A DNA stretch of 64,000 nt from Diadema antillarum. Lineage: Eukaryota. Below the pieces are notes generated by a model. That model saw only the letters and a list, made by a program, of their open reading frames with translations. It had not been told where the DNA came from and did no database searches. The DNA lies in contig NW_027271853.1 of assembly GCF_040938485.1 (NCBI RefSeq), positions 1 through 64,000 on the forward strand. The letters run 5' to 3'. The stretch's first letter is position 1. Every line of letters starts with the position of its first letter. This document shows positions 12,501-27,200 of this stretch, in pieces. Both the position numbers and the translations under genes were made by a program.

Positions 12501-14326
12501 GTCACCAAAGTGACCTTTCCTTGGCACGGCATAGTACCATGCAAACATAGGAACTTTGATCTGAGAAATCTACTACAGTCTACCGCATAAGTGGGACACT
12601 AATGAATAAACAAGGAACCACTTTGGATTAAAGTGCCACTTTCTACACTAGGTTCTTGGACCAAGAGTTGTCATGTGGGGTTTACCTGACTGACACCATA
12701 GACCTATATCTAGCTGATTGTGGAACAATACCTGCAAAGTCATTCTGTGTTGAAGTAGACTGGAAGCAAAACTAATGGACAACGGTAGAAGGTTCATTAA
12801 AAAGATGGAATTAATTTCACATGTACGCACTAACCTACAATACTAGTCTCAACCATACTTGAAAATAACGAGTCATGGACTCGCATCTACCCCATAGGTG
12901 TGGACATGAAATTATCACCAATAAAAATTGTACAATTGTAGAATAAACTATTACTCATTCTTCCTTTGAAGCATGAGAAACTTGACTATTCAATAAATTC
13001 ATCTCATGCCCAATATGATGCGATCTCTACCACTCCATGCATCTGATGGTGCTTGAACTATTAAAGTCGACTACAACGTGGTTTGGAACAGTACTTTAGA
13101 TTGCAGGGGGTTCCACTGCAAGTTTTCACATGTACTAGCTCGAGAATAGAAAGAGACCAATGTCTTGGTGTATTAGCCAGCGCTTGCGTTGGGCATGGAG
13201 CAAAACAAACAAAAATATATGGGATATTCAGCCAAAGAATCAATAATCACTGTATATTCAATCACTTGCTATGAACTGTTGACTTAACCTTGCACAAATG
13301 CAACCTTGGAACTTATCGTCTTTTAGGTAAGAGTGTAGAGAACCACCAATTTATGGGAGTGAACCCTTTATGAAGGCATTACTCCAGAAGTGCATTGAAT
13401 TGTTGCTTGTCACACGCTACCGACTTACAGAGATTCCACGCCTAAAGGTCCATGGAATGAGACGAAACATAAAACTGAACCTAACACCCACCCACAACAG
13501 TTATTAGTTACTACACATTTTCCTTTTGCATTCTACCTTTTCATGAGGAATAACTTCAGAAGAATGCACAACCAATGAAAGCACGTTTTGAAGGAAGCAA
13601 GAATTGAATACTGTAGGAACAGCGCTTTACTACAACGAGAAAGGGAGAAAACGGAGAAAAAATACACAGAAGAACAAATGAACGCATCGGAGGTATGGGA
13701 TTGGCGACTACATCGGGAGCGTCTGACCCGGACATCTGCATTTCATCTTGGACAGGACGACCATCCAATATTGGTTGGATGCAACAAATATGATAAGATG
13801 CATTTATAAATGTTGGCTGTATATTCAAGAATATGTTTCTCTAAATACATATATCACGACCCAAGCCAGTTAGTGATCACAGAACCAAGTGACAGTGTTA
13901 ACCATTTTCACAGTGAAGATTGCAACTCGTCCAGAAAGATGTTCAAAGGCTTCATCTAACTGCTGCAACAAAAAATTATCCTAGCGGTGACACGACGGCA
14001 AGGCTTTCACTTTACTCTTCACACTTCTTTCTTTTCTCGAGTTTTACTTTGCAAAGGTTAATACAAAAGTCAGGCGCTGACAAAGGTATGATTTCGTGAA
14101 GGCTTTACTTGACTGAATCTCGACACTAAACATTAGAGCCACCCCTATACATGGCTCATGCCAACAACTTTCCTTGACTGTTTGAGGATGATCAATGCGA
14201 CCTAGGTTAACGGGAAGATTATCGTTCACCGTACAAAAGTGTGGTCCCCCTCCCCATGCATACAAATATTACAGCAACACTCTAACATCTCATGACATGT
14301 GATGCTTGGCGTTCACAAGGAGGATA

Positions 14327-14552
14327 CTGTATACGCCATATATATTTCGCGAATCGAGACTTCCCGACGATTTCGCGAGTGGTTAAATTCGCGAGTGGAG
14401 TCCTGTACTGAACGGAGAAATGTGTACGCGTACGTCACATTCATATCAGGATCAGAGTCTATATTTTCATGTGTTTTTAATTTTCGCGAATAGCAGCTGA
14501 CTCGCGAAATTCGCAAAAAATAAAACCCTCGCGAAATATTCGGCGTATACAG
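14327..14552. mobile_element. Tc1/mariner-type TA MITE
   Basis: TA|CTGTATACGCC...GGCGTATACAG|TA with repeated TTCGCGA motifs. Confidence 0.8.
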
Positions 14553-17500
14553 TATGGCGTGACAGCTAGTTCTGAGAGAGATTCTACATTTGTTTCAAGT
14601 TTGAGTCATCCCAGCTGAATTGTATAAAATATTGATTTCAGTAAAGCATCAGCTTGCAGTAACATTCTATTCAGATTCTTTTATTGATGTTGTTGTTAGT
14701 TTACTTATCTCATTACACTGGTGTCCATCACTTAAAGTTATTCTACCAAAGTTTCTAAATCTGTACCTGGGACATCTGAACTATGTAAGAACATCTGCAG
14801 CTATTGTGAAATAGAAAGTGATAAAATTAGGGTGCAAACACAAGGCAACCACGCTAGAACAAAAATATATCTTAATCTCAAAAAAAAAAAAAAGAAAAAA
14901 AAGCAGAAAATCAAAGAGATCATGCAACCCCTTAGTCAAGTTTGACACAACATTTGCATCCCAAGAGAGTTGCCATGGAAACTCTGGACGTTGAGAAAGA
15001 CTTTCGATGATGTGTACCGACAGGTACTGGAAACAAAGGTGTGAGAATTAGAAAACAGACTAACAAAACAAAGAAGAGAAAACCAGAAAGAACTACAGCA
15101 GACCCAACTCACTAATTATCACCCTGATAGCAATGTTAAATACTTTATGTGATGCATATTTCATTTCTTAATACGTCTAGTGAATTTCACCAATGAACTA
15201 GAACTATTCGTGATTGTTCTTACAGATGTGCATTCTGTGACTTATAACACTCGACAGGATTGCTACTTTGCTGATACAATCAGTATCACAGTCTTCACAT
15301 TCTGACGACACCTCCTGAATGATGGAGCCGTTGAATTCCTATTTTTGATGACAAGGTAGTTTTGATAATGATGCATGCCCGGTTTGTGCCATCTCTTCTC
15401 CGCCCTGCTAAGCAAGGCCGGCTGAGAAACGTCCTGAAGATGATGCTGAAACAAGACGACTCTTGGGACACACAAATGGACAGCATCAGGGATGATACCT
15501 CAAATTGGCACAGGGGAAGAATCAAACAGGAAGGCCCACTTACCTAGCAAGGGGACAAGGATTTTCTCTGATTTGCATACTCTGTCAAACCAAGGCAACC
15601 CGTTCGCACCAGCGCGGAGAAATAACCGAACGAAGCATCCGTATCACCATGACCTCCAACCTCATCATGAAAGGGGGGGGGGGGGGGGGGGGGTAAAATG
15701 GGATATGCTCAGGATCTTGGTGCATTCTCACTTTTTGTTACGACTGTGTACTAAAGCACACACCTAAGGAGTTGCATACGGTGTATGGTGCAAGTAGATT
15801 GCAGCGCGTTGTGGATACATGCTCACTGCTACCACTTACAACATGAAATGTGCGCAAAATCCTGATACTAGAAACAGACTTATCTGCCATTTGCATCCCT
15901 CTAGCTACAATATGTAGATTGGAAATTTTCTTATAAACAAATTTTCAACAATGATAGTATGTCTGATAAGCATACAAGAGGTCAGTAAGGTCAATTCAAA
16001 TCAAAACTCCAATAAAAAGGTGAGAAGGTTTTCTGAATCCAACATAAATATTGCATGGACTAGAAATGAAGGAATTAAAATGTTGTAAGTGTTAGTATCA
16101 GGCATGACTTATTCTTCATGCAGTCAGGTTTGAAGAAAAATAAAGGTGCACAATGGAGTAAGAGGTAAAACAGACTTATAAACAGGGTTTCACTACATCA
16201 AGATGTAACCATAACAAAATAATTGTAAGTCTTTCTTGGAGCAAGATATAAAATTGCGTACTTTTGAGTGAGTTAAGGAAGAGCAAGGTTCAGATTTTAT
16301 TACAGAGTCTACTTGTGACCTTCGGATTAAAATCACGTCAAGATACTTTGCTAAACGGTTAACATATAATTTGTTACTCTGGGTTATGCGGAGTATCAAA
16401 TACAGTAACGACAAATTGCATGGACTTGCACTAACTCTACATGGACCAACTTGAGTCGACGACAGGTTTTATCTGGTGCACAACACGAACACACTCTACT
16501 TGTAGACTGGAGTGGAACCGCACAGCTATGTGCATAATGTGAAGAAGTTGGCATTGCCTAGTTATGTAGAATGCCGTCGCCTTGATCACAGACTTTTCCT
16601 GTTCTCTGCGTTTGCAGGCAATACTATCCCTTTCCCGACCCCCACAAAAAAAAAAGGACAGACAAAAATAAGAGATCTCACTCTACATACAATGTAGCTG
16701 CACCTAGAGCACATTTGCAAACCCATATGAGTATTTCATAGCACTTAATTCAGCTGACGATTCAAAGCAAGAAAGTTATTAACAATTATTTCCACATCTG
16801 CCTTCCTTTTTTTGTTCTATTTCAAAGTAGAGCACATAAACACTTAATAGGATATAATAACCTCATGTCTATCTATTCCTATAAACTTTTGTACTATCAT
16901 AATACATCCCTGTTTTTAATTTGGCACGACTGGCATAGTTTCTTCTTTGGAATGAATCGCTGGTCTATGCTAACAGTTTCCGTACTTCCCACTCGAAAAC
17001 TTGAATGACTCCTGGTGCCATTAAGAAATGGCATTTCATGATCGATTTTGTTCCACTTACAGTCCATTGTGGAAATATCTTTGACTCTTGCTCTCGTTTG
17101 CAAAGAGCAAATTACACTTGTCACTAAAGACAATCCCATTCGGTCGCCATAATAATAAAGAGTGATCATGGCTCAGTGTACAGAAGTTCTTCACGATGGC
17201 TTCACACCCCTTTCATCCGTCTTTGGGCAAGCGCCAAACTTTTTTTTCTTTTTTTTTTTAGCACAGATTGTACGATTCAATCTCGGTAGCCTCATCACGC
17301 ACAAGCTTCTCTGAAATCTCTTTGAGTTGATAAACGTCCAGTACTTGGTCAGCTGCTGGGCAAACGCCAAACCAAGGTGACCCATCGGCAGTGCCTGAGC
17401 AAAAAAAAAAAAAAAAAAATCTGGTGTAACGCAACCAAGGAAATGCATTCCTCTTGCTTGGGGGTTACAGCCATCTTTCCATGACTCTTTTCAGAGTTCA

Positions 17501-17983
17501 CGCACACACATACACACAATGGCTCTTGGCAGCATTCCATCAGGCATAATATCTCAATCAGTCTGTGTTGACCTGCAAGAACGTTAGCCTGCCATGCATG
17601 GCGACCGGCATGATACACCTACACCCAAGTTAATGTCTGAGCAGGCACCCGCTACCCTGTTGTTAGGTCACTAGTAATCTGCAGATGACTGCCACTGTTG
17701 CAAATCATTCAAGCATATCTCATACGGAGCACCTCCCAATATTGAGTCTCTGCTTGACTGGATTCCGACCGCTTGAGCTGAAGTTTACCTCTTTCATTCA
17801 TCTTGCCTTATTTGGTGCCTGTCGGATATCTCTTCATGCTCATTCTGATTTTTTTTGTGTCTGTGTTTTGTTGAAGGCTATTAAAGGAATCACAGATGAG
17901 CCAAAGCTACCACGATTGTTGCCGTTTCGAAGCCCTTTCTCCCTCAGGACGGAAGCGGCTCCAGCGGATCGGAGCAAGCGTGC

Positions 17984-18202
17984 TCAGTCGTCGATGGTCT
18001 GAATCTCGCCCATGTTGATGCGCTCCGCTGCGTTCACGCTGAAGCCAAGGATGCTAGGGTCGACCCGCTGCATCTTCTTTTTCTGCTTGCGGTTGTTCCT
18101 GCGTGCCTCGGTCTCCCAGTCTCCCATCTGGGCTGCAGCCGAGGAGACGACTGCCGACGGATGTCCCGGGATGCCGGACTTCGTACCCAGCCAAGCAGAC
18201 TC
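17984..18202 (-). CDS. GIGYF2: GIGYF last coding exon
   Basis: ESAWLG...DPSILGFSV...TIDD*. Confidence 0.93.
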   Translation of the reverse strand, partial: ESAWLGTKSGIPGHPSAVVSSAAAQMGDWETEARRNNRKQKKKMQRVDPSILGFSVNAAERINMGEIQTIDD

Positions 18203-21200
18203 CTGTTTTGCGGAAAGGGGGAGGGGCATGGGGAAGGAGCAAAGAGAAAGAGGGAGTGAGGGAGCGAGGGAGAGTTGGGAGAGGTGACAGAGAGAAGAGC
18301 AGACATGATGAAGGAAATATCAGAAGATGGACGGTGAGATGAGGTGGAGGTGATTGACGATCGAATTGCAGGAAAGAAAAGATGAATCAAGCCAAAAGAC
18401 GTAAGATTGGAATGCATTTGACAGATACAAGCACAGCAAGAAAGAAAACCCCCAGAAATATACGGGAGATAAGATGAGAGGGAAAAGGAAACATAACAAA
18501 ATTAGACAGGAAAGAGGGATACAAATGAGAGATATAGAGAGCAAGAGAAAAGTGAGTAACATTGAGATGGATGATAAGATTGACGAGAGTGATACAGTGC
18601 CACGGAGAAGTACACAGAATTCAAGAGAGTATATGTGGCGAATTAAAGAAGAAATTGAAACAAACGTGAAAATCGGAGACAGAGACAGAGACGGGGCGTG
18701 TGAAAAGAGCCATAAACAACAGGTATTTAAAATCCACCGAAAAACAGGTTAAAGGAGGTGCATGTTCAACAATTTACAGAAATTGATCAACGTGACGCAT
18801 GGATCCGAGTAGAGCATGAAAGAGTGACAAAGTGTCGAGACGGATCAGATTCAATGAGGAAGGGGGAAGAGTAAGCAGGTTAGAGAAGCGCAGAAAGAAG
18901 GAAAAGGATGGAGGAAGGACGGGAGGAGGGGAATACACAATGTAAAGGTAACCGTTAGTTTGAGACGTACCACAAAACACTTCAGCATTACCTAAGAATA
19001 CATCCCTTTCGTCCAATATTCATGTTTGGTGAAACACACCACACGGAGTGATGCCGAGACTGACGAAAACTATCAAATTTGAGAATTAAAAATAAAGAGT
19101 GCCGCATCTTCACCTTATACTAACTTTGCAGAAGCTACTACAAAGAAATTTTTCTACAAGCAGCTATTTCCTGGGAAGGATCATAAATCTATTCTATTTA
19201 ATTCATTTTTTAGTTGATAGCGTCAGTGTCTGAATAAACATTGTAAAAAGAAAACAGATGTATTTTTAGAGTGCAAACTGTACAGTTAATATAGCATCTA
19301 TCTCGGCAATTGTAACTACAAACTATCCCCCCCGCCCCCCCCCCCCCCCCCCCCCCCATCATTAACATCTGATAGAAGTAAAATCTTATAAATCAAAGGC
19401 ATGTAGACAAGTGAAATTGATTACAAAATATGACATTAGTTTCAATTTTTTTTCCCCCCAATGACATTTGCCTTGACAGCAAACACATATTTTCTTCTGC
19501 ATTTAGAGACAAGGTTCTCACATGAAAGCCAACATATCACAAGTAGTCATGATCCAAATCAGCATAAATATGGATAATATATTTTGGCCATGATTGTAAA
19601 TAACAAAACAAAACACCATGGCACAAAATTTCAGCTCTGAGGTCCCCACGAGTAATCTTCTTTTTCCTGTTCTTAAACATGCTGCCAAGAAAAGGATGAC
19701 CAAACAACTGCTACTGACATGATCAATCATACTACAGCAGCTTTTTTTCAAACAGGAACCAATGGTTTCTAGTATAATGGCCAAAGATTTATGTTTCCGG
19801 CATCAAATGAAAGAACAATCATGAGTGCTAAAAATGGCATGCACATGACTTAAGCTCGCATCTACATAAATAATTGATCAATCAAAATAACCTGCAGACT
19901 GTACAAAGCATTGCATCATGTAATATTTCATCTTAAAAAATAAAAAAGAGAGAGAAAAAAAGCAGAATTTTCTCATGTCAAGAAATCATAGTGCTTTATT
20001 GAAAAGTCATTCACCTTATTTCATCTGTTTATCTCTTCATGAGTAAGTCAGAGATTACCAACTACAAAAACAAAACGAGAGAGAGAGCGCAGGTTGAGTT
20101 TTGGCATCGTATTGTTGCAGGAACGAGATTGGGGGCAAATGTTTGTGTTTCTGCTCACTACAGAGGCTGGATAGAGAAAAACATGAGTTAGCGCAAGAAA
20201 GCGACATACGACTACTTCCCGTCAGTTTTCAGGGACACTAGACATGTACTGCTGAAGATGATTGTCAGTTCAGCAAAACTTATAAGAGAAATGATTTGAT
20301 AGTTGCACACTACAGACTGTTTGAAGCACATAATTGAACGCATTCAGACAACTCGATTCTCAACAAATGGATAAATGAAACAGAGGAAGAATCTATAATG
20401 CAGACAAAACCAGGCACTAGTGAAACAATGCACAAGAACTGTAATTCGGGAGGAAGGTGAAGTCGCGATAACAAAAATTCACTGGAAGAAACTCATTTGA
20501 GTAATTTTTTGGCAGACAAATACACCAATAATCTTGAGGACGCCACACATATGAAATTTCCTTGCAAGGGAGGTTTATTGTGACTGGCTGACAAGCTAAA
20601 ATTGGCTACATGGGCACCCTCGACATCATTTACGGAAGACCAAATTTTTGAGACTTCAATCCCATCGCAATGGCTGCAGAAATCACCCTTGTCACCAAAC
20701 TATAATGGTCTTTGAACATGTCATCTATAGACCACGCTCAACAACCACACTGTAGCAGGTGGGTCTTTTTCCTTTATGAACAAGGTTTTTTCATATTTAC
20801 AGACAAGGGAGTCCCAAGTCTCACCTGCATGTATTCCAAACCCCCCTCCCCCTCCGGCATTGCACCCCTTAATATGCATCTTGGTGATGAATGAGGGTGA
20901 GGGGTGCAGGGAATGGCTGGAATGGGGTGAATTTCACCACTCCTTAACCCTTCTATCCAATAAGGGTTAAAGGACAATAAAACCCAAATATTCATATGTA
21001 TATGAAGTTAGTAAATGCGGCAATATTAGCAGGACACATCGGCAAAGTTTGAGAAAAATTGGGCATTCTGTGAAATTCAACATATTATCACTTCTCTAGC
21101 ACAATCAAATAATGCCTCCGGCGACACTTCTTGGCGGAGGCATAAAAACAGAACAGAACAAAACAAAACAAAACAAAACAAACTCTTGGCTTAACTCTTT

Positions 21201-24200
21201 CAGAAGGCAGGGGAAATAATATCAACCTAAATTCATGTCAGTCAAAAGTGGAAGGAATGCATACTTTTCATGATACTAACTTTTATGGATTTTCCGTTTG
21301 TTTGTTTTCTTTATATAGTTGTTCATGTTTGACATATAACAAATTGTTGCAGTCTTCTTATTCCAGCGATAGATGTACCGAAACTACAAGAATTCATATC
21401 TTTAGAGCAGATTAAATGTTTACAAAAGAAAGATATTATTTAGAGGGGTGAAGGTTCAGGTGTGAGTTTCTTAAATTTGTCTTCCTCTACAAATTTAATT
21501 TGTTAAGATCGCAACTGCTGATCTGTAAATTTACAAACATGTCGGGAAAAAAAGGAACCAGTGGGACTCGATCCTGTCATCTACTGCTTTTTAGAGCAGA
21601 TTGTCCGATTTTCATAAAACTTCACCAATGTGTTCATATTGCTGCATTCACTCAATCCACGTATATATTTGGGATTCATTATCCTTTAAATAGCTTCTTT
21701 CAGTTTTTTTTTTCATTCCGTGACTCATTTGTAATCTCTTACGAAATGTCACATTGGTATGACAGCGAGGGCGCCCTACCATGTCCTTCTGCTGCCGCTG
21801 CTGCTGCTCCCTCTGTCTGTTGCGCCGCTCTACGAACTGGCGGGCGAACTCTGTGCTCTCGCGAGACTCGCCGAGGTACATCTTGATGTAGTCGTGGACC
21901 TCGTATGGCGAATCAATGTCTTGCAGGAATGACACGAAGGTGGAGACTGAAAGACGCAGTGGAACAAAAGAAAGACGTCCATTTCAACTTTTTTTTCTTT
22001 CCTAGAGAAGCAATGTCCAACATTACACATGGTTCTGCTAAAAATATGCTTGTTTGTTTGTTTTTTTCTTTAGACATTCTGTAGAGAGCATAGAGATTGA
22101 TATTCATATGCAGCCTAACTTCAGTGGTCATATCACCAAGCCTATATGACTTCCAAATCTCTTAAGGGTGCAGGACTATGGATGCAGTCAAACTTTTAAT
22201 CTCACAACCTGAAAGCAAATGTATTGGACTAAGGACTTGTCAAAGTGGCCTTTCAGACAGCACGATTCCTCATTCAATATTGCACTGAATCAAAGGTTTT
22301 GCACAGCAGAAAAGATTGACTGTCAACATTCTTCTACTCTTCTTCCGGTTGGAGTACAGTTTACAACTTCACTGGGTTTTGAATCCTGTTCTTTGCGATG
22401 AAGGAATGATGCGAGATCTTTCATGTGCGCGGGTCGTGACTCTCTCACACACAGAACATTCTGTAATGTCCTATTCAAGGGACAGATTGTTCTGCCTTTA
22501 CTACAGAAGACAGTATGGTAACACATAACATTGCTCAGCGTGACTCACTGGGCCTCTAATGCACTTGACTCCTTTGCAACATGGAAGTAATGGTATGGGA
22601 CTAAGGACCTGTCGGCCTCATAATGAAAGACTTACTGTCAACAGGTGACCTCATTCTCTTCAGCTCCATCTCACACCACTGGCCAAACTCAGTGGTTGCT
22701 GACGGCAGATTGCTCTGGAACAGCTTCCTTACTGTTTCCTGGAAGTGTACAGACACAAAATGAGACAAATGGTTTTGCACCCATACAGGTACTGTACACG
22801 CCAAATATTTTGCACCCATACAGGTACTGTATACGCCAAATATTTTGCAAATTTCGCGTGTCAGGTGATACTTGCAAATTTAAACGCATGCAAAAATACG
22901 AACTCTAATCCCGACAGGAATGTGCCATGCACGTATACATGTACATTTCTCTGTTCAGTACTGTACTCCACAATCGCGAACTTAAATACTCGCAAAAATT
23001 GTCGTGAAGTCCTGATTCGCGATAAATTAGACTCGCTAAATATATGGCATAAAGAGTTGTCGTCATTTACCCCAGCTTTACCGGTTTACCATTCATACAT
23101 CTGTGTCGGGGGGTGGGGAAGGACATTATGGGTAAAATAACTGTTTAAAATGGTGAGCACTTCACAGAAAATTTGAACTTAGGGTGCTTTGTTTGAAGGT
23201 CTAGACTCTCATCCACTATACCACATTGCCTCCAATGATTCACAACCCTCCAATTCCTGTGACTTTTCTACCTATCAATTTGTCCGCAACACACATACAT
23301 AGACACATACAAACAAATATACAGACAAACACACAAAGTCCCTGCAGAGAAAACGTTACGTGCATTCGTTGCACAATGTTGGCTGCAGAGAAACGATCCT
23401 AACAATTTTTCCCAGCCAACTATCATGTAAAAACCACTGAGGCTGTCGTGACATTGTGAGTGTTTGACCTCGTGACCTCGTGACCTCACCTCCTCCTTGG
23501 ATCTCCCCTTGCTGCTGTTGATTGGGGCTTGACTCCGCACCGTCGGGGCACTGGTGGTGATGTTGGCAGATGCACTTCGCAGGGTGGGGAAATTGCTATT
23601 TCTGTGCAGAGCAGAGGAAAATGGAAAAAAAAAATATTCATACAAACATATAAGTGTGTACATGACTTCAGACGAGTATGTCACATTTTGGCAAAATAAA
23701 TGAAGACTGCCCTCTATTGCCTAACTCTACACGATTAATCAAGTGAGAGTGTCCCCTCTACACTGTAACAAAACACAAAAGTATACAACACTGGCACTGC
23801 AAGAAAACTCAATGAACAGTTTTACTGTCCTTTTTCCATATTCATATAGGACAATACTGTCTATGATGTTCTTACAACAGAAAAGACTGAACATACTGTC
23901 ACATGCATACACCTTTTTATAAAAACTGTTTTTGTTAACATTTTTGTATCTTCATCACCTAAAGAGGACAGGATGCTGATATTCAGAATCCATCTATTCA
24001 ACTTCCATCTGCTAATCTACTGGAAATAATACTTGCATTAGAGGTCCTAACAATGGAGAATTTTTTTCCCCTAATCGCATCGATCACTTCTGATATCATT
24101 TCTATTGAGCATTTTCTATATGTGACCTCCTTTCAGCGGTTGCCTTTCAGTGAAAACCAATCTGAGCTAAACAAAATGGAACAATCAAACAAAAATAAAA

Positions 24201-27200
24201 CACAGGATGAATCGATGTAAAATGCTTTTCAATGCCTGTCCACTAGGACTTAAAGGGATCTTACAGTTTTGGTTGAGACCTAATTTCGGGTTTCTAACAT
24301 TTTTTGGTGAAATAATGAGAAACCTTTTATGAAATATGAAAGAGCATGTAATTCTATGAGGAATTCAATGTTTATTTGATGAAAATTGGCTTTGAAATGG
24401 TCAAGATATCCAAAAAAGAGCGATTCTAATAAAGTGTGGGACCCACACTTTATTACGATCGCTTTGTTTTACTTTGTTTTTGGATGTTTCAGTCATTCCA
24501 AACCCGATTTTCATCAAATAAACTTTGAATTCCTCTTAAAATGGTATGCTCTGCACTATATCATAAGTGTTTTCTTGGTATCTCGCAAAAAGTTAAAAGC
24601 CCAATTCTCATCTCCACCAATACTGTACTATCCCTTTAAGCACTGAAATGCTCGATATCAGGGACATTATGGATATGGAGCTTGAAATCAGAGACATGGG
24701 GATATACAGTAGAGCTTGATATCAGGGACATTTTCGAAGTGGCCACGGCTGAAATCGTTATCTGGTGCGACTCACGTGGACTTGCTGACGCTGTCCCGAG
24801 CACACTCGTCCCAGAAACCCATGTTAGCTGAGGAGGAGGACACTGTCCGGGGCTGGTCGCCCCACACGTTGCCCCCCGGATGCTCCCCTGACCAGGCCAG
24901 GGAGGTGTTTGCACCGCCTCCCCACACGGCAGCCGAAGAAAACGTCATGCCCTGTCCAGTCGGGATGGTAGGCGTTAGAGAGGAGAGAATTAGGACACAA
25001 AACACTCTGTGAAGTTTGCTGTTTTGCATTACAGAAGTTGACTTAAAATACAAGTAAAATGTACAAAATGTAACCAAACACAAGCCACAATGAAATGCAT
25101 GTAATCTGAAAAATTAGAGAGAGAGAGAAATTTAAGACTAAACTTTGAAACTACATGGAAAAAGCACCACAAAAACAGTACTCTTGTGAAAAGAAGCATG
25201 AACACTCCTTTTGAAGTACTGTCCAAAACTATAATAACATAAAATTTTATAAATGTTTATCATCATCATCATTATTGTAATAATGTTAAACATGTCATGA
25301 CAAAGGATGAATTAGCACTGTGATCATTATCTCCAGATTGCTAAAATTGGGGAGCCATGATAGCAGTGTGTAACTGTACATCTTAGAACACGAGGTGGTA
25401 CTACATAATGCTGTAACACGGGGTATGGCGGTAACCCAGGTTATGCTGTGCGGAATTATAAACCACCTGTAACTTCATTTGGCGGGAATATAATGATTCC
25501 CAAATAAAAAAGGCCTTTAAATTCTCTTTTCAGAACAGGAAGAATTCAGACCTTGAGAGCGAACCCATTCCCGCCTTATGGAAACCTGGTATACCATGTT
25601 CCTAAAATGTAAACAGGAGTGTCTGCATTTGTGGCCTAAATTCATGTTTATTTCTGTTATGCTGACGAGAAAAATAACTTTGATTGCAAGACTAGAGATT
25701 CTTCTATCAGTATAAGTTGTTTCTCCCCGTTTCAAAACTGCATGTATCCCATATCAAAGCTGCATGTATTTTTGTATAAGTTAACTTTTTCTAACGTAGT
25801 GATGTGCTTGTTTTGCTATAAAACTTGTATGAAGACATACTTAGACATCTTAGCTCACTAGATTTTTGCTTTCGCTGGCTTCATTTGGGTGTTTTTATAG
25901 TGTACTGTATAACAAAAGAATTTGTGAGCCCATCAACGCATGCTCGATTCACACCTTAATGGCACATGCAGTTGATCTTGGAAAGGGATGCACGCAACGC
26001 TTGGCTGTTTTCGCATAGGCGGATTACCAACATGTCCGTTCTCTGTCAATAGGCAAAACGAATCTCGTTTGGGGGCATTGACGCTGCTCAGAGAATTGCA
26101 GGAGGAATGGGTAAAGGGAGCCTCCAGGAGAATAAGGGAGATCTAGCAGGGTTGGTAAAGAACAGAACAAGCCTACCTTGTTCTGCACATTCTGCTTGGC
26201 TTGTCCTCGCTCCATCTGCTGCCTTGCTTGCTCCTCCTGAATCTCCCTCAAGGACTTGGTGGTCTGGTTCACACTGGTGGATGTAACAAACACATGCATA
26301 CCTTAGTTCGACTATTGATGGGTGAACATTGTGATCAGTGTCAACACAAACAATTATTACATGTACTTGCTGTCCATGTCACCCCAAACAATACTATGTG
26401 CATCACTAACATTGATAAGAGCTTGCTACATGTACCTTGGAATAGGTTGGTTTTTCCATTAAAATTTGGGCAGATACTTCTCCCTCGATTTCACTATGAC
26501 CCCGTTTACAGTGCGAGGCGAGGCCGCGGCTTGGCCGCGGCTTGGCCGCGGCTTGGCCCAGCCCCGCTTCAGTGTAAACTGGGCTCGGCCCCGCAATTGA
26601 TGCCAGGCTCGGCCGCGGCTCGGCCCAGCCCCGCACTGTAAACGGGGTCATAAATATCTGTTATAAGAGTCTGTGGAATGGTTGTGCATATAAGAAATGT
26701 AGGATTAGAAATGCAAGTAGGAACTCCTGACAGGTGTTTCAAGTCACTGGCCAAAATAAGGGTGGAGGGGAACAGAGCAGAATAGAGTGAAATGATGTGT
26801 TGGGGAAAGGGCGCCCTCACCTTGAGTTGCTTGATCCCCAGCCAGCGGGCCTGCTCTGGGCATTCTGCTGCTGTTGCTGCTGCTTTTGTTGTAGAAGTTG
26901 CGCTTGCAGCTGTTTCTGCCGCTGGAGGTGGAGGAGCACGAAATACAGATCAAAATTTGAATCCACGCAAGCTTTCAAAATCTGATTCATTCAACGTGAT
27001 GCAATTCACAATCTCCACCTAATTTCTTCAAGTTCTCTGAAGACAGAGACCAAAGAATTCCCAACAAGCAGTAACGACTACCTATATATTGCATGTCTAC
27101 ATAATCATGATCAGCACAAACTGATGTCACTTCAATTCATCCTACAGAAGGCAGCTATAACTTTGCTTGCGATGTGTGTATTTTTCTCTGAATGAATTTC

